Assembly: GCF_000008465.1 (NCBI RefSeq)
Contig: NC_006512.1
Location: 690,001 to 722,000 of the forward strand
Direction: 5' to 3'
Origin: Idiomarina loihiensis L2TR
GTDB lineage: Bacteria > Pseudomonadota > Gammaproteobacteria > Enterobacterales > Alteromonadaceae
DNA: 32,000 nucleotides
Of the stretch, positions 1-6,102 are shown piece by piece. Position numbers and translations under genes: made by a program. Within the stretch, counting starts at the first letter, position 1; each line of letters starts with the position of its first letter. Below the pieces are notes generated by a model. It was given only the letters and a program-made list of their open reading frames with translations, did no database searches and was not told the DNA's origin.

Positions 1-1
1 G

Positions 2-421
2 CAGCAATCAATGGCCTATGGCGAGTATGTTTCGGTGACCCCGTTCTTTAACTGGGTGCACCTATGGAACACCGGTGCCGCATTCAGTCTTTTTGCGAAT
101 GGTGGAGGCTGGCAGCGCTACTTTTTTATCGGAATCGCGGTAGTGGTCTCGATTTTTTTGATCAAGCTGATCCTTGAAAATCGTCATAAAGGAGAAGCCA
201 TCGCTTACAGTCTTATCCTCGGTGGCGCCATGGGCAACCTGATTGACCGGGTCTTTCGCGGCTATGTTGTGGATTCCTTTGATTTCTATTGGCGAGACTG
301 GCATTGGCCGGCCTTCAACCTGGCTGATATTGCAATTGTCCTCGGTGCCTTACTTTTCGTTTCCAGCAGCTTGTTGGGTAAAAAAGCAAACACCAATGCC
401 GAGTCGGATGGATCTGACTGA
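2..421 (+). CDS. lspA: Lipoprotein signal peptidase II (LspA), 5'-truncated by the window edge; probably a passenger gene of the ISL3-family element
   Basis: The frame is open from the window edge. The translation shows LspA hallmarks (FNWVHLWNTGAAFS, GGAMGNLIDR, VVDSFDF, PAFNLADIAI). The stop lies 21 nt before the transposase ATG. Confidence 0.85.
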   Translation, partial: QQSMAYGEYVSVTPFFNWVHLWNTGAAFSLFANGGGWQRYFFIGIAVVVSIFLIKLILENRHKGEAIAYSLILGGAMGNLIDRVFRGYVVDSFDFYWRDWHWPAFNLADIAIVLGALLFVSSSLLGKKANTNAESDGSD

Positions 422-442
422 CACCTACGCCTATACAACACC

Positions 443-1732
443 ATGACCGAACTTCCCGACAACATCCTTCACCTGCCGCAATACCAAGTACTGGGCTGCA
501 AATCAACCGACGACGAAATGCACTTCCAGGTGGACGTGCCCGATCCCATCGCCTGCGAGGAATGCGGCGTGCAGGGTGAGTTCGTACGGTTCGGCAAGCG
601 TGACGTTCCCTATCGTGATCTGCCCATCCACGGCAAGCGGGTCACTCTCTGGGTGGTCCGCCGCCGATACACCTGCCGGGCCTGCAAGACAACATTCAGG
701 CCCCAGCTACCGGAGATGGTGGACGGATTCCGTATGACACTGCGGCTGCATGAGTACGTGGAGAAGGAATCCTTCAACCACCCCTACACCTTTGTGGCGG
801 CACAGACCGGCCTGGACGAGAAGACGGTGCGCGACATCTTCAACGCCCGCGCCGAGTTCCTGGGGCGCTGGCACCGCTTCGAGACGCCCCGCATCCTGGG
901 CATTGACGAGCTATACCTGAACAAGCGCTACCGCTGCATTCTGACCAACATTGAGGAGCGAACCCTGCTCGACCTGCTGGCCACCCGCCGCCAGGACGTG
1001 GTGACCAACTACCTGATGAAGCTGAAAGACCGGCAGAAGGTCGAGATCGTCAGCATGGACATGTGGAACCCCTACCGGGCAGCGGTCAAGGCTGTGCTGC
1101 CCCAGGCCCGTATCGTGGTCGATAAGTTCCATGTGGTGCGCATGGCCAACGATGCCCTAGAGAGAGTGCGCAAGGGCCTCAGAAAGGAGCTGAAACCGTC
1201 CCAGAGCCGGACTCTCAAGGGAGACCGGAAAATCCTGCTGAAACGCGCTCACGAAGTCTCAGACCGGGAGCGCCTCATCATGGAGACCTGGACAGGCGCG
1301 TTCCCGCAACTGCTGGCCGCCTACGAGCACAAGGAGCGCTTCTACGGCATCTGGGACGCCACCACACGGCTCCAGGCAGAAGCCGCCCTGGACGAGTGGA
1401 TAGCCACCATCCCGAAGGGCCAAAAGGAAGTCTGGAGCGATCTGGTCAGGGCAGTGGGAAACTGGCGCGAAGAGACCATGACCTACTTCGAGACGGACAT
1501 GCCCGTCACCAACGCTTACACGGAGTCCATCAACCGACTGGCCAAGGACAAGAACCGTGAAGGGCGCGGTTACTCCTTCGAGGTGATGCGGGCACGAATG
1601 CTCTACACCACGAAGCACAAGAAGAAGGCACCGACTGCGAAGGTCTCTCCTTTCTACAAGAAAACCATCGGTTACGGACTGCCGGACTTCGCAGAGGAAC
1701 TCAACTACGGAGTCGATCTATCAACCATCTGA
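443..1732 (+). CDS. tnpA: ISL3-family DDE transposase (429 aa)
   Basis: N-terminal Cys-rich zinc-finger region (CEECG...CRAC) followed by an ISL3-type DDE core (GIDE...MDMWNPY...DKFHV...NAYTESINR). GC content is visibly much higher than in the flanking island DNA. Confidence 0.9.
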   Translation: MTELPDNILHLPQYQVLGCKSTDDEMHFQVDVPDPIACEECGVQGEFVRFGKRDVPYRDLPIHGKRVTLWVVRRRYTCRACKTTFRPQLPEMVDGFRMTLRLHEYVEKESFNHPYTFVAAQTGLDEKTVRDIFNARAEFLGRWHRFETPRILGIDELYLNKRYRCILTNIEERTLLDLLATRRQDVVTNYLMKLKDRQKVEIVSMDMWNPYRAAVKAVLPQARIVVDKFHVVRMANDALERVRKGLRKELKPSQSRTLKGDRKILLKRAHEVSDRERLIMETWTGAFPQLLAAYEHKERFYGIWDATTRLQAEAALDEWIATIPKGQKEVWSDLVRAVGNWREETMTYFETDMPVTNAYTESINRLAKDKNREGRGYSFEVMRARMLYTTKHKKKAPTAKVSPFYKKTIGYGLPDFAEELNYGVDLSTI

Positions 1733-1842
1733 GGGTGGTATCAGATTGATGGGGTGAAGGTGCCCCATCAACCATTAAATCCGTATACCCAAACTAATAA
1801 AGAGGCGAAGAGTGCTTTCCGCCTCCAAGCTTCATCAGACGG

Positions 1843-2280
1843 TTATTGTGCAGTTCTAGACGAAAAGCTTTGGTTAAACAGCCGTACACCAACCTCTTCC
1901 AAAGCCGCTCTAACGCTCTCAACAACGTCAGGTTCGATCGACAGACCATTGGCATACACACCTTTATCGAACGTTAAAACAGCTCCGTACGCTTTCGCTG
2001 TGGACGCTGCCCGTTTAATGCCTTCACTATCAATCGCAGAGTCATCAGTGATGTGATGACGGATTTGGTAGGACGTGATGACATAACCCCGCTCATCAAG
2101 CAAGAGCAGGCCAAGTGGGCTTGCTGACATAGCGTTAGGAAAGTCTGACTCTGACCTTAAGCATCCAGTGTTTTGCTGGCGCTCTCGCAGTTGCGGTAAA
2201 AGTGCCAGTGCTGTTATTGCTGCCTTAATTCCCAGCACTACCCACTTTCTCGATGCCGGTGTCTTAAATATTGCCGCCAT
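1843..2280 (-). CDS. Hypothetical protein (145 aa), in an operon downstream of radC
   Basis: ORF with GGAG 9 nt upstream of the ATG, starting 40 nt after the radC stop. It has an N-terminal hydrophobic stretch (WVVLGIKAAITALALL). I recognise no family. Confidence 0.5.
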   Translation of the reverse strand: MAAIFKTPASRKWVVLGIKAAITALALLPQLRERQQNTGCLRSESDFPNAMSASPLGLLLLDERGYVITSYQIRHHITDDSAIDSEGIKRAASTAKAYGAVLTFDKGVYANGLSIEPDVVESVRAALEEVGVRLFNQSFSSRTAQ

Positions 2281-2319
2281 AAAGGTTTACTCCAGTATTT
2301 GGTTACAAGTGAATTAGCG

Positions 2320-2796
2320 CTAAAGAAGACCGCGCTCAGAGAATGACACGCACTCTTTGCCGACAACGATGTGGTCTTTCACCTCAACGTCGATAACAGC
2401 CAGGGCCTTTTGCAAGCGCTCAGTAAGACGGATATCCGCATTGGAAGGTTCAGCCTCTCCCGAGGGGTGGTTATGTGACAGTACGAGTGAAGATGCTTTA
2501 GTTTCGAGGGCAGCTCGCACCACTTCGCGGGGATAAACACTGGCCGCATTAATGGTGCCGTAGAACAGCTCCCTGTATTCAATGAAGTGGCCCTTTTCAT
2601 CCAGGAAGATGATGCTGAATACCTCACGCTCGTAGTGCGCCAGCTTATACGTCAGGAAATCCTTAATGACGTTCGGGTTGTAAGGCTCTTGTCCTCGTAA
2701 ATGGCGCTCTTCCAGGATCTGGCTGGCGCGATGAAAAACGTCTCGCTCAGCTTCATTGTTGGCTGATGAGTAACAGCCTTTATCAAGTGTGTGCAT
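2320..2796 (-). CDS. radC: RadC-like JAB/JAMM domain protein (intact metal-binding motif)
   Basis: E91...H108-N-H-P-S-G...D121 JAMM signature and a RadC-type C-terminus (HIVVGKECVSFSERGLL). Strong SD (AGGAGG) 6 nt upstream of the ATG. Confidence 0.9.
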   Translation of the reverse strand: MHTLDKGCYSSANNEAERDVFHRASQILEERHLRGQEPYNPNVIKDFLTYKLAHYEREVFSIIFLDEKGHFIEYRELFYGTINAASVYPREVVRAALETKASSLVLSHNHPSGEAEPSNADIRLTERLQKALAVIDVEVKDHIVVGKECVSFSERGLL

Positions 2797-2818
2797 TGTT
2801 AACCTCCTAATTTGGTAA

Positions 2819-2841
2819 ATGCACAGCAGTGATATAGGTCT
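2819..2841. repeat. Copy A of a conserved 23-mer (atgcacagcagtgatataggtct) heading a duplicated ~130-bp divergent intergenic region
   Basis: Matches 4050..4072 at 21/23 positions. Weaker similarity continues through the whole intergenic region to a shared tcatcATG start context. Confidence 0.8.
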
Positions 2842-2944
2842 GAAATCTGATGGGCTCTTAACTATCGCAATAAAACATTACGGCTCCGACCGATGCTTTG
2901 AGAACAAGCACGATCAATCAACACATCTGAAACTTGGAGTCATC

Positions 2945-3517
2945 ATGTATAATCCTTTTACCTTTGACGCAAAGCATATCGAACTCATTCACAATCACTT
3001 TCACGACGACCCTTACTACATTAAAAGGGATGCGTTGGAGTCTGCAGTAAAACAAGCGTCCAACGAAATTTGGAATAATCCGACATATGGAGCTTTTGAA
3101 GCGGCAGGTGTTTACGCGTACCAGCTCATTCGCTCAAACGCTTTTGGTAGACAAAGCGGTGATACTGCTTTGGTCTGCGCCCTGCTATTCCTTCGGCTAT
3201 ACGGTCACGGTTTTGTCTGTACACAGCAGTATCTTTACAATTTCGTCGAGCGACATGCAGACCCTGAAACTATGGCTATCTGCCTTTCCGGTGCTTATGC
3301 CGGAGCTGAAAGCTATGTTGAGTCTCTCCATCTTCAACGGCCTCATGTGCCTATGGACATTGCTGATATAGCTCTCGATGAAGACATGGCTGTGTCGCTT
3401 ACTTCCGCTATAAAAATGGCTTATGACGTAAACGGAGACTACGGGGCTTGCCAAAAAATAAAGAAACCTAGGTTAAGTGGCCGCAGAAAGCGTTGGGTCA
3501 GATTAGCTGATTTATAA
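2945..3517 (+). CDS. Doc/Fic-fold-like protein with a degenerate active-site motif (190 aa from the ATG at 2945)
   Basis: AFEAAGVYAYQLIRSNAFGRQSGDTALVCALLFLRLYGHGF aligns by eye to the Doc region ...HIFNDANKRTALNSALLFLRRNG. GGAG lies 6 nt upstream of the ATG at 2945. The ORF-track start at 2819 lies inside the repeat element. Confidence 0.6.
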   Translation: MYNPFTFDAKHIELIHNHFHDDPYYIKRDALESAVKQASNEIWNNPTYGAFEAAGVYAYQLIRSNAFGRQSGDTALVCALLFLRLYGHGFVCTQQYLYNFVERHADPETMAICLSGAYAGAESYVESLHLQRPHVPMDIADIALDEDMAVSLTSAIKMAYDVNGDYGACQKIKKPRLSGRRKRWVRLADL

Positions 3518-3534
3518 AACTCAGGATGCAAAAC

Positions 3535-3557
3535 GGCTGTACCCTAGCAGTACAGCC
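3535..3557. terminator. Hairpin between convergent genes (possible bidirectional terminator)
   Basis: 8-bp stem GGCTGTAC/GTACAGCC with a 7-nt loop. There is a short T-run on the minus-strand side only. Confidence 0.4.
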
Positions 3558-3563
3558 GCCCAA

Positions 3564-4022
3564 TCATAATAGCCCCCGCTCAGCAAGCGAGACGACCTCA
3601 TCAGTTACTAGCATGCAGTCCAATAGTGACACGTCAATCAGGTTCAGGGCCGACTTTAGCGTTGATAACTCATGTTCTTTGTCAGAATGATTCAGCTCTT
3701 TAGAAGGTGAGAAGTAACTGACAATAACTGCCGCTGCATTAACCTTGAGAACTTCGCGGTACACCATTGAAGCTGCCAGTTCTTCGCCCTCTTCAAACTC
3801 AACATTGTCAATTAGCCGGTGTTGGCTATCTAGTAGCAGTAAACCCGCGACTTCTGTTGAGCACTGCTGATAGCTCCCCTGGACGAACTCTTTAACCATT
3901 GAAGGCTCGGTAAAGCCCTCTCCCTGTTTAAATCGTGACTGGATTAGGAGATACGCTTTGTCCAACAACTCTCGCTCTGAGTTGAACTCAGCGCTTTTAT
4001 CACTTGTGATTTGCTTGTGCAT
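3564..4022 (-). CDS. RadC-like protein with a degenerate (probably inactive) JAMM motif
   Basis: Same length and same C-terminal signature (EVVSLAERGLL) as RadC, but HNHPSG is replaced by SYFSPS (aa 102-107). AAGGA SD upstream. Confidence 0.75.
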   Translation of the reverse strand: MHKQITSDKSAEFNSERELLDKAYLLIQSRFKQGEGFTEPSMVKEFVQGSYQQCSTEVAGLLLLDSQHRLIDNVEFEEGEELAASMVYREVLKVNAAAVIVSYFSPSKELNHSDKEHELSTLKSALNLIDVSLLDCMLVTDEVVSLAERGLL

Positions 4023-4049
4023 ATGGATTCCTTAAGTATTAATGTATCG

Positions 4050-4072
4050 ATGCACAGCGGTAATATAGGTCT
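4050..4072. repeat. Copy B of the conserved 23-mer (atgcacagcggtaatataggtct)
   Basis: 21/23 identity to 2819..2841, in the same position relative to the divergent radC-like start. Confidence 0.8.
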
Positions 4073-4155
4073 CAAATTCTCAGGGTTGGTTGTTTATAAT
4101 TATTCGTTACAGCTCGCACTAATCCTTTGAAACAAACCGAACAGAGGAAATCATC

Positions 4156-4362
4156 ATGAGATTTTTAAGAATAAACGAAGTGAGAGAGCGCATAGGGCTT
4201 GGTAGAACGTCAATCTATAAAATGGTCAACGAAGGCACCTTCCCTAAGCCGGTTCGAGTTTTAGGAAAAAAAGTAGCCTGGGTAGATTCAGAAGTCGATG
4301 AGTGGATGTTAGAGCGCATAGCCGAACAACGTAGCGATACCATATCCGCAGTTAACTGCTAA
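4156..4362 (+). CDS. alpA: AlpA-family (prophage CP4-57 regulatory / excisionase-like) HTH protein
   Basis: LRINEVRERIGLGRTSIYKMVNEGTFPKPVRVLGKKVAWVDSEVDEW is the canonical AlpA/MerR-like HTH pattern. 68 aa. Confidence 0.85.
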   Translation: MRFLRINEVRERIGLGRTSIYKMVNEGTFPKPVRVLGKKVAWVDSEVDEWMLERIAEQRSDTISAVNC

Positions 4363-4376
4363 TTTATCTTCTAAAC

Positions 4377-4404
4377 GGCGGCTTTCAAGCCGCCTTTATT
4401 TTTT
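4377..4404 (+). terminator. Rho-independent terminator after alpA-1
   Basis: GGCGGC/GCCGCC stem followed by tttatttttt. Confidence 0.7.
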
Positions 4405-4515
4405 CCCTCGCTAACATTCGCACTCAAAAAGGCTTGTAGAGAGCGTTGCAGGCTTACATCTAATCTAAAAAATTACAGCCCTACATCATCCTCTGACACT
4501 AAGAGGAGAAGCACT

Positions 4516-4719
4516 ATGAAATTAATGAAAGTCAAAGAAGTCATGCACGTAACCAGCCTAGCCCGCCCTACTATTTACAAGTACATGGCCAAAGGACAAT
4601 TCCCAAAACCGGTATCTTTAGGTGGCCGAGCCGTGGCATGGGTAGCAGATGAAATTGATGACTGGATTATGCAGTGCATTGCTGAGCGTGATGCGGAAAG
4701 TGATATAGAGGCTGATTAA
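4516..4719 (+). CDS. alpA: AlpA-family HTH protein (second tandem paralogue)
   Basis: MKVKEVMHVTSLARPTIYKYMAKGQFPKPVSLGGRAVAWVADEIDDW. GAGGAG SD upstream. Confidence 0.85.
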   Translation: MKLMKVKEVMHVTSLARPTIYKYMAKGQFPKPVSLGGRAVAWVADEIDDWIMQCIAERDAESDIEAD

Positions 4720-4727
4720 AAACAAAA

Positions 4728-4757
4728 GAAGAAGCCTAATCGGCTTCTTCTTTATTT
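4728..4757. terminator. Rho-independent, probably bidirectional terminator
   Basis: 9-bp stem GAAGAAGCC/GGCTTCTTC, 5-nt loop, T-run downstream and A-run upstream. Confidence 0.7.
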
Positions 4758-4774
4758 AGCACGAAGACACGCCA

Positions 4775-4855
4775 TTATTTTTTTGATGGTGGGTTGTTAC
4801 TACGACCTTTACCGCTAGGCCCACCAGTTTTGCTCGGTCCATTTTTAAGTCCCAT
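4775..4855 (-). CDS. Possible small basic Gly/Pro/Ser-rich protein (26 aa: MGLKNGPSKTGGPSGKGRSNNPPSKK)
   Basis: Not in the ORF track because it is under 60 aa. AAAGGAGA SD lies 5 nt upstream of the ATG. It sits 33 nt downstream of the 324-aa gene and ends just before the bidirectional terminator. Confidence 0.3.
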   Translation of the reverse strand: MGLKNGPSKTGGPSGKGRSNNPPSKK

Positions 4856-4888
4856 CATAATCTCCTTTTAAGTTATTTAGTTAGCCAG

Positions 4889-5863
4889 CTAATAAGTTGA
4901 AACTGACTGTTTACACGGACCAAATTTTAGTTTTGATCCGCACTCTGGGTTCGATATACAGCTTATCGATTTATCTTTACTACGTATTTCCGTCGTCAAT
5001 TTTTTAGCGAAATTAGGGGGTACTGCAGCTTCAACGACGCCACCACCAGGGCCAAAGTTTGCGCGATTAAAAAGGGCCACATTCCAGCCTAGTTCTTTTT
5101 TGTCTACTGAGATGGCAACTCCCCCTTCTTCGCCATTCACGTCCGTTATATTGTTACCCTGCAACCACTCATTCAAAGTTGCTTGAAAATCTTCAGCATT
5201 AAGAAAGTGTTGTTCGCCGACATAGCTTTCAAAGTCGTTAGGCTTAAACTTATGGAACACAACCAGCCAACCTGGTTTATGGCAGTAGCTAAACTGTTTT
5301 ATACCGTTAATAGTTACGTTATCCGTAACACTCATGCGTAAGCGCTCGACTGCTAACTCAAGTTGAAGCTCTGCGGAATCATTCGATTCAATGTAAGTAA
5401 TTCCGGTATCATCGGGGTATCCGGCTTTAACGCTCCAGTAGTTTTTGATGCCACTCTCTAGTTGACACAGTTCGAGACTGAGTGACGTCGCTTTAAAATC
5501 TATCGAAATCTCCAAATCACTTTGATCAAGTTTGTAACTCAGTATCCCGGCTGCGGCGATAACGCCGTCTATAAACTCAGAGAGAGACGCATGAATGTTT
5601 ATTGCTGCAGGATTTGTTAGGCTTGCATTTCGAGTACTTAACCAGCAAACATCATTTTGATTCAGCAAGTCTTCGGGTTCGCAATCCAACGCTTTAGCTA
5701 TAGCTTTTACACTTTTAGCTCTCACTGGTTCACCCTGCTTAGCACGGATCAAAGTTCGTTCACTAAAACTCCCTTCGTAACATATCGCCGAGTGGTATTG
5801 CCCTTTTAACCTTGCATTCAGTGCCTTGCTTATGTCGTATGACTTGTTATCTGCCAACTTCAT
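4889..5863 (-). CDS. HTH (XRE-like) domain protein with a ~250-aa C-terminal region of unknown function
   Basis: The N-terminal segment ERTLIRAKQGEPVRAKSVKAIAKALDCEPEDLL resembles an XRE/Cro HTH. AAAGGA SD upstream. Divergent from hsdM. Confidence 0.55.
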   Translation of the reverse strand: MKLADNKSYDISKALNARLKGQYHSAICYEGSFSERTLIRAKQGEPVRAKSVKAIAKALDCEPEDLLNQNDVCWLSTRNASLTNPAAINIHASLSEFIDGVIAAAGILSYKLDQSDLEISIDFKATSLSLELCQLESGIKNYWSVKAGYPDDTGITYIESNDSAELQLELAVERLRMSVTDNVTINGIKQFSYCHKPGWLVVFHKFKPNDFESYVGEQHFLNAEDFQATLNEWLQGNNITDVNGEEGGVAISVDKKELGWNVALFNRANFGPGGGVVEAAVPPNFAKKLTTEIRSKDKSISCISNPECGSKLKFGPCKQSVSTY

Positions 5864-6102
5864 TTTCTAATCCTTTAGTTTGTTTTATTAAGCGAAGGTC
5901 AGCTTATTCGATGGCATTAACGATAGAAAGCACTTAAAGGTGACAGTGAACTGACAGTAGTTAACGAGGTAGCCAAGATACTATATTTGTTGCGGCCAAA
6001 AACTGCCGCACCAATCGATTAACCTACTGGCAGTGACATCGGATTTATCCGTGGCATAATGACCACAACTTAAGGACGATATAATAATCAACAGGGTGTG
6101 CA

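Larger units (their letters stand above)
1..1790 (+). mobile_element. ISL3-family insertion sequence, ISPpu12-like (lspA passenger + tnpA); right terminus at ~1790, left end outside the window
   Basis: lspA sits immediately upstream of an ISL3 tnpA, as I recall for ISPpu12. After the tnpA stop there is a 9-bp-stem hairpin (1746-1754/1763-1771). The terminal sequence CCCCATCAACCATTAAATCCGTATACCC ends at 1790, and its reverse complement GGGTATACGGATTTAATGGTTGATGGGG resembles the ISPpu12/ISPst9-type IR as I remember it. GC drops sharply into AT-rich DNA (aaactaataaa) right after 1790. Confidence 0.65.

Noticed and set aside
1754-2056. 100-aa plus-strand ORF starting inside the IS terminus
   Set aside because: It begins within the IS end hairpin/IR and runs antisense to the better-supported 145-aa minus-strand gene. 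It has no SD.
2819-2944. Long version of the Doc-like ORF starting at 2819
   Set aside because: The first 42 codons fall in the duplicated intergenic element, whose second copy terminates after 26 codons. A GGAG SD precedes the ATG at 2945. I kept it only as a possible leader-ORF observation.
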